From: the human T2T-CHM13v2.0 reference genome, Homo sapiens
DNA length: 64,000 nt
Reading direction: 5' to 3' (one strand)
Assembly: GCF_009914755.1 (NCBI RefSeq)
Contig: NC_060948.1
Shown: positions 15,046 through 30,800 of the stretch, piece after piece
Position numbering within the stretch: the first letter of the stretch is position 1
Layout: every line of letters begins with the position of its first letter
Position numbers and translations under genes: made by a program
The notes under the pieces: generated by a model
The model's database searches: none
What the model was told of the DNA's origin: nothing
Seen by the model: the letters and a program-made list of their open reading frames with translations, nothing else

Positions 15046-18000
15046 GGTTTTTCTTGTCTCTGTCTCCTTCGGTTCTTCTCTGATCTCAGTTATTTCTTGT
15101 CTTCTTCTAGCTTTTCAATTTGTTTGCTCTTGCTTCTCCATTTCTTTCAATTGTGATGTTAGAGTGTCAATTTTAGATCTTTCTCACTTTTTCCTGTGGG
15201 TATTTAGTGCTATAAATTTTCCTGTAAACACTGCTTTAGCTGTGTCCCAGAGATTCTGGTACATTGTGTCTTTGTTCTCATTGGTTTCAAATAACTTATT
15301 TATTTCTGCCTTAATTTTGTTATGTACCCAGTAGTCATTCAGGAGCAGGTTGTTCAGTTTCCATGTTGTTGTGCAGTTTTGAGTGAATTTCTTAATCATG
15401 AATTCTAATTAGATTGCACTGTGGTCTGAGAGACTGTTTGTTATGATTTCCATTCTTTTGCATTTGCTGAGGAGTGTTTTGCTTCCAATTATGAGGTCAA
15501 TTTTACAATAAGTGTGATGTGGTGATGAGAAGAACGTTTATTCTGTTGATTTGCGGTGGAGAGTTCTCTAGATGTCTATTAGGTCCACTTGGTCCAGAGC
15601 TGAGTTCAAGTCTTGAATATCTTTGTTGATTTTCGACAATGGGGTGTTAGAGTCTCCCACTATTATTGTGAGGGAGTCTAAGTCTCTTTGTAGGTCTCTA
15701 AGAACTTGCTTTACAAATCTGGGGGCTCCTGTATTGGGTGCGTACATATTTAGGATATTTAGCTCTTCTTGTTGCATTGATCCCTTTACCATTACATAAT
15801 GCCCTTCTTTGTCTCTTTTGATCTTTGTTGGTTTAAAGTCTGTTTTATCAGAGACTAGATTTGTAACCCCTGCTTTTTTTTTTTTTGCTTTCCATTTGCT
15901 TGGTAAATATTCTTCCATCCCTTTATTTTGAGCCTATGTGTGTCTTTGCATGTGAGATGGGTCTCCTGAATACAGCACACCAATGGGTCTTGACTCTTTA
16001 TCCAGTTTGCAAGTCTGTATCTTAATTGGGGCATGTAGCCTGTTTACATTTAAGGTTAATATTGTTATGTGTGAATTTGATCCTGTCATTATGATGCTAG
16101 CTGGTTATTTTGCCCATTAGTTGATGCAGTTTCTTCATAGTGTCGATGATCTTTACAATTTGATATGTTTTTGCAGTGGCTGGTACCAGTTTTTTCTTTC
16201 CATATTTAGTGCTTCCTTCAGGAGCTCTTGTAAGGCAGGCCTGGTAGTGACAAAATCTCTCAGCATTTGCTTGTCTGTAAAGGATTTTATTTCTCCTTCA
16301 TTTATGAAGCTTAGTTTGGCTGGATATGAGATTCTGGGTTGAACATTCTTTTCTTTAAGAATGTCAAGTAATGGCCCCCACTCTCCTGGCTTGTACAGTT
16401 TCTGACAGGAGATCCACTGTTAGTCTGATGGGCTTCCCTTTGAGGGTAACCCGACCTTTCTCTCTGGCTGCCCTTAACATTTTTTCCTGCATTTCAACCT
16501 TGCTGAATCTGACAATTATATGTCTTGGGGTTGCTTTTCTCGAGGAGTATCTTTGTTGTGTTCTCTGTATTTCCTGAATTTGAATGTTAGCCTGTCTTGG
16601 TAGGTCGGGGAAGTTCTCCTGGATAATATTCTATAAAGTGTTTTCCAACTTGCTTCCATTCTCCCTGTCACTTTTAGGTACACCAGTCAAACACAGGTTT
16701 GTTCTTTTCACATAGTCCCATATTTCTTGGAGGCTTTGTTCATTCCCTTTCATTCTTTTTTCTCTATTCTTGTCTTCACGCTTTATTTCATTAAGTTGGT
16801 CTTCAATCTCAGATATTCTTTCTTCCACTTGATCGATTTGGCTATCGATACTTTGTGTATGCTTCATGAAGTTCTCGTGCTGTGTGTTTCAGCTCCATCA
16901 GTCATTTATGTTCTTCTCTAAACTGATTATTCTAGTTAGCAATTCCTCTAACGTTTTATCAAGTTTCCTTGAATTGGGTTAGAACATGCTCCTTTAGCTT
17001 AGAGGAGTTTGTTATTACCCACCTTCTGAGGCCTACTTCTGTCAATTCATCAACTGATTCTCTGCCTGGTTTTGTTCCCTTGTTGGCAAGGAGTTCTGAT
17101 CCTTTGAAGGAGAAGAGACATTCTGGTTTTTTGAATTTTCAGCCTTTTTGCGCTGCCTTTTCCTTATCTTTGTGTATTTATCTACCTTTGGTCTTTGATG
17201 TTGGTGACATTTGGATGGGATTTTTGTGTGGATGTCCTTTTTGTTTATGTTGAGGCTATTCCTTTCATTTCTTTCTGTTTGTTAATTTTCCCTCTACCAG
17301 TCAGGCCCCTCTGCTGCATGTCTGTTGTAGTTTGCTGGAGGTCCACTCCAGACCCTGTTTGCCTGGGTATCACTAGTGGAGGCTGCAGAACAGCAAAGAT
17401 TGCTGCCTGTTCCTTCCTCTGGAAGCTTCATTCCAGAGGGGCACCCACCAGATGCCAGCTGGAGCTCTCCTGTATGAGGGATCTGTTGATTCCAGCTGGG
17501 AGGTGTCTGCTACTCAGGAGGCACAGTTGTCAGGGACCCACTTGAGGAGGCAGTCTACCCCTTATCAGAGCTTGAGCGCTGTTCTGGGAGATCCACTGCT
17601 CTCTTCAGAGCCAGCAGGCAGGGACGTTTAAGTCTGCTGAAGCTGCGCCCACAGCCGCCCCTTACCCCAGGTGCTCTGTCCCAGGGAGATGGGAGTTTTA
17701 TCTATAAGCCACTGACTGGGGCTGCTGCCTTTCTTTCAGAGATGCCCTGTCCAGAGAGGAGGAATCTAGAGAGACAGTCTGGCTACAGCAGCTTTGCTGA
17801 GCTGTGGTTGCCTCCTCTCAGTTCAAACTTCCAGGCAGCTTTGATTACACTGTAAGTGTAAACTACCTTCAGACTGCTCTGGTGGCAGTGAGAATTTCAA
17901 GCCAGTGGATCTTACCTTTCTGGGCTCCATGGGGGTGGGATGTGCTGAGGCAGACTACTTGGCTTCCTGGCTTCAGTCTCCTTTTCAGGGGAGTGAACGG

Positions 18001-18446
18001 TTCTGTCTCATTGGCATTCCTGGTGCCTCTGGGGTATGAAAATAAACTCCTGTAGCTAGCTGTCTGCCTAAATGGCTGCCCAGTTTTGTGCTTGAAACCA
18101 AGGGCTCTGGTGGTGCAGGCACTTAGGGGAATCTCCTGGTCTGCGGGTTGTGAAGACTGTGGGAAAAGCATAGTTTCTGGGCCGGAATGCACCATTCCTC
18201 ATGGCACAACCCCTCACGGCTTCCCTTGGTTAAGGGAGGGAGTTCCCCAACCCCTTGCACTTCCCAGGTGAGGCAATGCCCCACCCTGCTTCTGCTCACC
18301 CTCTGTGGGCTGCACCCACTGTCTAATCAGTTCAAATGAGACGAGCTGTGTACCTCATTTGGAAATTCAGAAATCACCCTCTTCTGCATTGATCTTGTCG
18401 GAAGCTGCAGACCGGAGGTGTTCCTATTCAGCCATTTTGCCAGCTC
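15046..18446 (-). mobile_element. L1PA7-10-type (L1P3) element: 5' UTR, ORF1 and ORF2 endonuclease; 3'-truncated
   Basis: 5' end gctggcaaaatggctgaataggaac on the minus strand. ORF1 piece 16631-16867 (DQVEERISEIEDQLNEIKRE) and EN piece 15568-15918 (KRDKEGHYVMVKGSMQQEEL..YAPNTGAP). Confidence 0.95.
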
Positions 18447-18584
18447 AGAAAGATGTTTCTTATTAGGATTCATTGAAACTACCTGAAGAAAGCCTCCAGA
18501 TTTAATTTGAATAAGAGTTTTTGTGAAAATAATTTGGTAAGAAGCAGAAAATAGAGGGAACATGTTTGCAAACAAAATTTAGAA

Positions 18585-20570
<1,986 letters not shown>

Positions 20571-22540
20571 CTTTTCTTGATTGAACAAACTTATTTAAGC
20601 ACTTAGATTTCTTCCTTATTTAATTTTTAATAAAAACATATGCTCTTGAAAGCATAGAGAACTTATCATACTAAAAAGGCAGTTTTAAAATTTCTAAAAA
20701 TGTAATGCACAATTGATGCATATGAAATGTGGTAAAATGTCACCAACATGCAACTAAACTTTTTAAAATTATCAACGTTTTTGTCTTTAAAAAACATAAG
20801 AAGTTATTTATCTTAGCTAAAATGTACATACTCAGGGTTAGAAAGTGCACCTTTTTTTAATCCTATGTGTACCTTTTCTTTTTTTTTTAGAGTTTTTGTT
20901 TTTACTGTTTTAAGATGAAAACTTCTTATTATAAGGTCAATATTAATGTTAATTGTTGCATAAAAACCATTTTGTTCCATTTATCAATAAACCACAATAC
21001 TACTTAGGTGTTAGTTGCAATGATACTTCATGAAGGAGTAAATACAGCTTTCCCTACAGCTCTGAAGCTCATATATTTCTATCAGTTTATAAATACTGAT
21101 GTTAATACTCTCTCTCCCCCATTTCTAAGAGATTTCTCCATGAACCCAAAACTTATTTTTCTGTGTGAAAATTAGGTGGCTATACAGATTGGAAAAAAAA
21201 TCAACCGAAACATAAAGAAAAGTTTTTGAACAATGTTTTTCATGCTCATAAAAAGTGTGGCCAAGTATCAGAATTAGTTTTTCCACTTGGCATAAATATT
21301 TGATATTCTTAATATTATGTGTGCTCACTTGTTGTTGGACTTTCATATTCTTTAACATTAAAAAATGGAGATCAGCTCTTTTCTGCAATTTAGTTATGCT
21401 ATTCTGAAACAGAAAATGATTTTGATAAGACAATAATTTGGGAACTCTTTTAGCAATTAGTGGCAGTAAATAAAACTAATAATCATTGTTGTTCAGGAAC
21501 TGAATTTGTTTACAATAATATTTTTTCAAACTCAGCCCAAAGAAGCCATTTCACTTTTGCCTAGTGACTTATTAATAAGATACATATTATTATACATACC
21601 AATGTTCAGATTGTCTTAAAATGCTTTCAAATAGAATGCAAATTTTTGCAACAACAAAAAATTACACAAACAAGCCTCTATGATTGTGTAAATAAAGTGT
21701 CTCTACAAGTGGGGCACAAATAAGCCTATTTAGCCACCATTCTGGAGGAGTTGCTTATTCCTTTATCTAATTTGCTTACCAAAATTTTAATTATGGCTCA
21801 TCAAATGTGCTTGGTAAATCAAGTTCTGCTTATCATAAGGGTTACATTTAATCAGAACTATGGTCCGTCATAAAAGAGCCTGTATTTACCAAATTAATGC
21901 ATAATATTCACAAGAAACCACCAATAATAAACAAATTAAAAAATACTGTTGAGGGATGGCTGGCAGTATGGCCGAATAGGATCAGCTCCTGCCTGCAGTT
22001 CCCAGCAAGATCAATGCAGAAGGCAAGTTATTACCTGGTTCATCTCACTGGGACTGGTTAGACAGTGGGTACAACCCACGAAGAGTGAGCAAAAGCAGTC
22101 TGGGGTATTGCCTCAGGCTGGGAAGTGCAAGGGTTCAAGGAACTCCCTCCCTTAGCCAAGGGAAACCATGAGGGACTGTGCCTTGAAGAAAGGTGCATTC
22201 CAGCCCAGACACTACACTTTTCCCATGGTCTTCACAACCTGCAGACAAGGAGATTCCCTCGGGTGCCTACACCACCAGGACCCTGGGTTTCAAGCACAAA
22301 ACAGGGTGGCTGTTTGGGCAGACACCAAGCTAGCTGCAGGAGATTTTTTTAATACCCCAGTGTCACCTGGAATGCCAGCAAGGCAAGACAGTACGGTTCA
22401 CTCCCCTGGAAAGGGGGCTGAAGCTAGAAAGCCAAGTGGTCTAGCTGAGCAAATCCCACCAATACAGAGCTCAGCAACCTAAGATCCACTAACTTGAAAT
22501 TCTCGCTGCCAGCACAGCAGTCTGAAGTTGACCTGGGATG

Positions 22541-22985
22541 CTAGAGCTTGGTGGGTGGAGGGGCATCCACCATTACTGAGGACTTGAGTAGGTGATTTTC
22601 CCCTCACAATGTAACCAAAGCCGCCAAGCAGGTCAAACTGAGTGGAGCCCGCTGCAGTTCAGCAAAGCTGCTGTAGCCAGACTGCCTCTCTAGATTCCAC
22701 CTCTCTGGGCAGGGCACTTCTGAAAGAAAGGCAGCAGCCCCACTCAGGGGCTTATAGATAAAACTAGAGCTTGGTGGAGGGAAGGGCAGCCACCATTACT
22801 AAGGCTTGAATAGGTGGTTTTCCCCTCACAGTGTAAGCAAAGCCTCCAAGCAGTTCAAATGGGGCAGACCCAATTGCAGCTCCACAAAGCTGCTGTAGTC
22901 ACACTGCCTCTCTAGATTCCTCCTCTCTGGGCAGGGTATCTCTGAAAGAAAGGCAGCAGCCCCAGTCAGGGCCTTATAGATGAAA
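22541..22985 (+). repeat. ~223-bp tandem duplication inside the L1 5' UTR
   Basis: ctagagcttggtgg...cttatagat(a/g)aaa occurs at 22541-22763 and 22764-22985. Confidence 0.93.
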
Positions 22986-23504
22986 CTCACATCTCCCTGA
23001 GACAGAGCATCTGGAGGAAGTGGTGGCTGTGGGTGCAGCTTCAGCAGACTTAAACTTTCCTGCCTGCTGGCTCCGAGGAGAGCAGCAGATCTCCCAGCAC
23101 AGTAAGTGAGCTCTGTTAAGGGACAGACTGCCTCCTACAGTGGGTCCCTGACCGCCATGCCTCCTGACTGGGAGACACCACCCAGCAGGGGTCAACAGAC
23201 ACCTCATACAAGAGAGTGCTAGCTGGCATCTGGCAGGTGGCCCTCTGGGATGAAGCTTCCAGAGGAAGGAAGAGGCAGCAATCTTTGCTGTTCTGCAGCT
23301 GCCACTGGTGATACCCAGGCAAACAGGGTCTGGAGTGGAACTCCAGCAAACTCCAGCAGACCTGCAGCAGAGAGGCCTAACTATTAGAAGGAAAACTAAC
23401 AAACAGAAAAGAATAGCATCAACATCAACAAAAAGGGCATCCACACAAAAACCCCATTTGAAAGTTACCAACATCAAAAACCAAAGGTAGATAAATCCAC
23501 AAAG

Positions 23505-24507
23505 ATGAGGAAAAACCAGCACAAAAAGGCTGAAAATTCAAAAAAACAGAATGTCTCTTCTTCTTCAAAGAATCACAATTGCTTGCCAGCAAGGGAACAA
23601 AACTGGACAAAGAATGAGTCTGATGAATTGACAAAAGTAGGCTTCAGGAGGTGGGTAATAACAAACTCCTGCAAGCTAAAGGAGCATGTTCTAACCCAAT
23701 GCAAGGAAGCTAAGAACCTGGAAAAAAATGAGGGGAACTGCTAACTAGAATAACCAGTTTGATGAAGCTGAAAAACACAGTATGAGAACTTCGTGAAGCA
23801 TACACAAGTATCAATAGCCAAATCGATCAAGTGGAAGAAAGGATATCAGAAATTAAAGATCAACTTAATGAAATATAGCCTGAAGACAAGATTAGAGAAA
23901 AAAAAATGAAAAGGAATGAAAATAGCTTCCGAGAAATATGGGACTATGTGCAAAGACCAAACCTATGTTTGATTGGTGTACCTGAAAGTGACAGGGAGAA
24001 TGGAAGCAAGTTGGAAAACACTCTTCAGGATATTATCCAGGAGAACTTCCCCAACCTACCAAGACAGGCCAACATTCAAATTCAGGAAATACAGAGAACA
24101 CCACAAAGGTAATCCTCGAGAAGAGCAACAGAAAGACATATAATCATCAGATTTACCAAGGTTGAAATGAAGGAAAAAATGTTATGGGAAGCCAGAAGGA
24201 AGGTCAGGTTACCCACAAAGGGAAGATCATCAGACTAACAGCAGGTCTCTCTGCAGAAACCCTACAAGACAGAAGAGAGTGAGGGCCAATATTCAACATT
24301 CTTAAAGAAAGAATTTTCAACCCAGAATCTCATATCCAGCCAAACTAAGCTTCATAAATGAAGGAGAAATAAAATCCTTTTCAGACAAGTGAATGCTGAG
24401 AGATTTTGTCACCACCAGGCCTGCCTTACAAGAGCTCCTGAAGGAAGAACTAAATATAGACAGAAAAAAACTGGTACTAGCCACTGCAAAAACACACCAA
24501 ATTGTAA
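23505..24507 (+). pseudogene. L1 ORF1p, disrupted
   Basis: Fragments MRKNQHKKAENSKKQN and EIWDYVQRPNLCLIGVPES..QEIQRTPQR, with frameshifts and stops. Confidence 0.9.
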
Positions 24508-24570
24508 AGACCATTGACAGTATGAAGAAACAATCTCAACTAATGGGCAAAATAACGAGCTAGCATCATA

Positions 24571-27500
24571 ATGACAGGGTCAAATGCACACATAACGATA
24601 TTAACTTTAAATGTAAACAGGCTAACTGCCCCAATTAAAAGACACAGACTGGCAAATTGGATAGCGTCAAGACCCATTGGTGTGTTGTATTCGGGAGACC
24701 CATCTCACATGCAAAGGCACACATAGGCTCAAAATAAAGGGATAGAAGAATACTTACCATGCAAATGGAAAGGAAAAAAAAAAAAAAAGGAGGGATTGCA
24801 ATTCTAGTCTCTGATAAAACAGGCTTCCAACCAACAGAGATCAAAAACGACAAAGAAGGGCATTACATAATGGTAAAGGGATCAATGCAACAAGAAGAGC
24901 TAAATATCCTAAATATATATGCACTCAATACAGGAGCCCCCAGATTCATAAAGCAAGTTCTTAGAGACCTACAAAGAGACTTAGACTCCCTAACAATAAT
25001 AGTGGGAGACTGTAACACTCCACTATCAATATTAGACAGATCAAGGAGCCGGAAAATTAACAAGGATATTCAGGACTTGAACTCAGCTCTGGACCAAGTG
25101 GACCTAATAGACATCTACAGAACTCTTTACCCCAAATCAACAGAATATACATTCTTCTCAGCACCCGACCGCACTTATTATAAAATTGACCACATAATTG
25201 GAAGTAAAACACTCCTTAGCAAATGCAAAAGAATGGAAATCATAACAGTCTCTCAGACCACAGTTTAATCAAATTAGAACTCAGGATTAAGAAACTCACT
25301 CAAAACTGCACAACTACATGGAAACTGAATAATCTGCTCCTGAATTACTACTGGGTACATTAGGAAATTAAGGCAGAAATAAATAATTTCTTTGAAAACA
25401 ATGAGAACGGAGACACAACATATCAGAATATCTGTGACACTGGTAATGCAGTGTTTACAAGGAAATTTATAGCACTAATTGCCCACAGGAGAAAGCGGGA
25501 AAGATCTAAAATCAACACCATAACATCACAATGAACAGAAGTGGAGAAGCAAGAGCAAACAAATTCAAAAGCTAGCAGAAGACAAGAAATAACTAAGATG
25601 AGAGCAGAGCTGAAGGAGATAGAGTCATGACAAATTCTTCAAAAAATTAATGAATCCAGGTTTTTGAAAAGATTAACAAAATAGATAGACCATTAGAAAG
25701 ACTAATAAAGAAGAAAAGAGAGAAGAATCAAATTAATACATTAAAAAATGATAAACGGGATATCACCACTGATCCCACAGAAATACCAACTACCATCAGA
25801 GAACACTATAAACACCTCTCTGCAAATAAACTAGAAAATCTAGGAGAAATGGATGAATTCCTGGACACATACACCCTCCCAAGACTAAACCAGGAAGAAG
25901 TCAAATCACTGAATAGACCAATAACAAGTTCTGAAAGTGAGACAGTAATTAATAGCCTACCAACGAAGAAAAGCCCAGGACCAGGCAGATTCACAGACGA
26001 ATTCTACCAGACGTATAAAGAGGAGCTGGAACATTACTTCTGAAACTATTCCAAAAAGTAGGAAAAAGGGATTCCTCCCTAACTCATTTTATGAGGCCAG
26101 CATCATCCTGATACCAAAACCTGGTAAAGACACAACAACAACAACAAAAATTTCAGGCCAATATCCCTGATGTATTTTGATGCGAAGATCCTCAATAAAA
26201 TACTGGCAAACCAAATCCAGCAGCACATCAAAAAGCTTATCCATCCACAATCAAGCCTACTTCATCCCTGGGTTGCCAGGCTGGTTCAACATACACAGAT
26301 CAATAAACGTAATCCATCATATAAACAGAACCAATGACAAAAACCACATGATTATCTCAATAGATGCAGAAAATGCCTTTGACAAAATTCAACATTCCTT
26401 AATGCTAAAAACTCTCAATAAACTAGGTATTGATGGAAAGTATCTCAAAATAATAAGAGCTATTTATGACAAACCCACAGCCAATATTATACTGAATGGG
26501 CAAAAATTGGAAGCATTTCCTTTGAAAACCGGCAAAAGACAAGGATGCCCTCTCTCACCACTACTATTCAACATAGTATTGGAAGTTCTGGCCAGGGTAA
26601 TCAGGCAAAAGAAAGAAATAAAGGCATTCAAATAGGAAGAGAGGAAGTCAAATTGTCTCTGTTTGCAGATGACATGATAGTATATTTAGAAAAACCCCAT
26701 CATCTCAACCCAAAATCTCTTTAAGCTGATAAGCAACTTCAGCAAAGTCTCAGGATACAAAATCAATGTGCAAATATCACAAACATTCCTATACACCAAT
26801 AGTAGGCAACCAGAGAGCCAAATCATGAGTGAACTACTATTCACAATTGCTACAAAGAGAATAAAATATCTAGGAATACAACTTCCAAAGGATGTGAAGG
26901 AACTCTTCAAGGAGAACTACAAACTGCTGCTCAGGGAAATAAGAGAGGACACAAACAAATGGAAAAACATTCCATGCTCATGGATAGGAAGAATCAATAT
27001 CGTGAAAATGGCCATACTGCCCAAAGTAATTTATAAATTCTTTGCTATCCCCATCAAGATACCATTGGCTTTCTTCATAGAATTAGATAAAAACTACTTT
27101 AAATTTCATATGGAAGCAAAAAAAGAGCCCATATAGCCAAGACAATCCTAAGCCAAAAGAACAAAACTGGAGGCATCACACTACCTGACTTCAAACTATA
27201 CTATAAGGCTACCATAACCAAAACAGCATGGTACTGCTACCAAAACAGATGTGTAGAGCAATGGAACAGAACAGAGTCCTCAGCAATAATGCCACACATC
27301 TACAACCATCTGACAAACCTGACAAAAACAAGCAATAGAGAAAGGATTCCCTATGTAATAAATGGTGTTAGGAAAACTGGCTAGCCATATACAGAAAACT
27401 AATACTGGACCCCTTCCTTACACCTTATACAAAAATTTACTCAAGATGGATTAAAGACTTAAATGTAAGACCTAAAACCATAAAAACCTTAGAAGAAAAC

Positions 27501-27899
27501 CTAGGCAATACCATTCAGGACATAGGCATGGGCAAAGACTTCATGACTAAAACACCAAAAGCAATGGTAACAAATGCCAAAATTGACAAACGGGATCTAA
27601 TTAAACTAAAGAGCTTCTGTGCAGCAAAAGAAACTGTCATCAGAGTGAACAGGCAACCTAGAGAATGTGAGAAAATTTTTGCAATCTCTCCATCTGACAA
27701 AGGACTAATACCCAGAATCTACAAGGAAGTTAAACAAATTTACAAGAAAAAAACAAACAACCCCATCAAAAGGTGGGCAAAGTATATGAACAGACATTTC
27801 TCAAAAGAAGACGTTTATGCAGCCAAGAAACATATGAAAAAAAGCTCATCATCACTGGTCATTAGAGAAATGCAAATCAAAACCACAATGAGATACCAT
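24571..27899 (+). pseudogene. L1 ORF2p (APE endonuclease and reverse transcriptase), disrupted; remainder at 32802-33332
   Basis: ORF 24759-25268 (EN: YALNTGAPRFIKQVL..IDHIIGSK), ORF 26177-26635 (RT: [33 protein letters not shown]) and tttgcagatgacatg (FADD). Multiple stops. Confidence 0.93.
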
Positions 27900-30800
27900 G
27901 GAACTGCTAATCTTTATCAATGTTTCTAGCGTATAATCCAAAACTATCATTATTAATTTTGTTTCTCAAATTTTTTCAGATTTGGTCATTGGAGCTGCTC
28001 TTTCATGTTGGCTCCTGTGTCTTTTTAGCATGAGTCCTTTCTCCCTTCCTCCCTCCCTCCCTCCCTCCCTTCCTTTCTTCCTTCCTTCTTCCTTCCCTCT
28101 TTCTTTCCTTTCTAAGCCGCCTTTGTGTACTGAGCCAGAAAGAATATGTATGAGTGCATGTATGCTAACCCATACATAAATACATACATCTATAGTTATT
28201 TCTGTATTTATATATTCATGTCTATGTTAACTTAAACACTGATATTTCTCAGCTAGTTATACCCCACGGGGTTTATTCTTCCCTTCCTGGTTTATTGTAT
28301 CTAGTCAAAACACTGGTTGCCAAAGTTACTTAGGTTTGTTATTTTTCTCTTCAACCCCTTCAGTGAAGTTATGTTATACATTTATAATACAGTTGGGTTC
28401 ATTTTTCTTGTCTGCAATCCATCCTGGGATTTCCTGACATCCTGCTTTTGTTTTTATTCTTTTCCAATTTCCATAAAGTTCATCTTTTGTATTGTACAGT
28501 TCTATGGGTTTTGAAAAATGCTTAGTCCTGTATCCACCACCGTAGTGCCATGCAAAACAGCTCCATCTTCCTAACATTTTCCTGCGTGGCCTGTTTGTAG
28601 TCAAGCAATCTTCCTTCTCACAATCCTTGGTAACTGCAGATCTGTTTATCATTCCTGTAGTTTTGCCTTTACCCAAATGCCTTTCAAATTGGATAATACA
28701 ACACTTACCAAAATGTATATCAGATTTAGCCATACTGTTGTGTGAATCAACCGTTCCTTTTTCATGCTGAGTATTATTACATTCTATGGATATACTACAG
28801 GTTGTTTATCCATTCACCTGTTGAAGCGTGTCTTGGTTCTTCCTTTTGTGATTATAAAAAAAGTGCTATAAATATGTGTTTGCATGCCTTTAGTAAATAG
28901 AAGTTTCCAATTCTTTTTGTTAAATATCTAAGAGTGGAATTACTGGATGATATGATAAATGTATATTTACATATGTAAAAAGTTGCTAAACCATTTTCAG
29001 AAGTGGCTGAACAATTTTGCATACCATCTAGCAACTAAAGTTGCTGTTAACATGCATAATTTCCAGAATTTTATCTTGTCAGGTGTGTGTATGTTTGTCT
29101 TGTTGCCATTCTAATCCTTGTGTAGTACCTTGTGGTTTTAATTTGCATTTCGCTAATAACTAATGATGTTGAGCATTTTTTCATATGCTTTCACATACCT
29201 ATTTTGGTGAAGTGTCTTTTTAGACTTTTAAAAAATTTATTAAATTTATTAAAATTTATTAATTTTGTCGCTTTTTTCCTTATTGTTGACTTTTTAGAGT
29301 TATTTATATATTGTGCATGTAAGATTTTATTGGATATGTTATTTGATTTGCAAATACTTTCTCTTAGTGTGTGTGTTACCTCTTCATTCTCCTTACAGTG
29401 TCTTTTACAGAGCAAAGTATTCTAATCTTGACAAAGCCTAATTTAACATTTTTAAAGTAGATCATGCTTTGCATTTTATCTTTAAATCTTATTGTTAAAC
29501 TAAAGATTTTGTATATTGCCTCATGTTTGCTTTTAAATGTTTTATAGTTTTGTTATACATTTTGGTAAATTACATATTTCAGTTAATTTTTGGATAATGT
29601 ATCAGGTATATGCTGTGGTTTATTATTTTGCATAGGGATTTACAACTGATACAGCAATATTTATTGAAAAAAATTCTTTATTAAATTATTGAATTTTTGT
29701 AAAAAGAAGCAATAAATGATATTCATATAAGCCTATTTCTCAACTGTCTATTCTATTCTGTTGATGTGTATGTTTATCTTTTTTCCAATACCACACTGTC
29801 TTAATTATTATAATTTTATAATAAGTCCTGAAATTGGATAGTGGGAGCCCTTTAGCTTTTTTCTTCTTTTTCTGAGTTGATTTAGCTATTGTAGTTCCTT
29901 TGTTTTGCCATATATATTTTAGAATCAGCTTCTGATATCTGAATAAAAGCTTGCTGAGATTATGATAGAAATATCGTTAAGTGCATATAGCAAATGAGAA
30001 AAAAGGACATCTTAACAATATTGCATCTTCTAATTCATGAACATGAAAAATATCTTTTTCATCTCTATTGATTTAGATATTTGACTTCTTTCACTAGTGT
30101 TTTGTAAGTTTCAGTGCAGACATTCTTCACATGTTATGTTAAATTTATACCCAAGTACTTAATTATATTTAGTACTACTGTAACTGATGTCATTTAAAAA
30201 CTTCAAATTCCAAGTATTAATTGCTGTAATATAATAATATGATTGATTTCTGTATATTTTCCTTGTATTACGAGACCTTGCTAAGTTCACTTATGAGATC
30301 TAAGAACTTTTTGTACATTTTGTATGTTGATGGACATGTCCTCTGAAAATAGAAGCAGTTTTGTTTCTTAGTATACACTCTGTATGTCAATTCTTCATTT
30401 TGTCTTATTTTGCAGGCGAAGATCCCCAATGTGATACTAATAGGCGTAGTGAAAGCAGATATTTGTCTTGACCCTGATGTTACAATAGCATTCATTCTTT
30501 CACCATTATGTATAGATGTTAGCTGTAGATACGTTAAATGTTATTTAATAGGCTGTTTCCTTCTCACTGCATTTAACTTTAAGTGAAAGATTATCTGTCT
30601 AAACTTTCATCTTCTGTCCAATTTAAGTGACAATAAAAGTTCTAATCATATTTTAAATTTGGAAGTAGCTATTTCTAGTTATGTTATTAAAACTTTCCAT
30701 AAACCTGTTGCTCTGCATCCGAACCAGAATTTGATCTTGTCAGGTATCTGTGTGGTTTGTTTTGTTGCTACTCTTATACTTGTGTAGTGCATTGTGGTTT

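Noticed and set aside
24759-27929. EN/RT ORFs as an active retroelement or novel reverse transcriptase system
   Set aside because: These are standard L1 ORF2 fragments broken by stops, frameshifts and the 4.9-kb insert.
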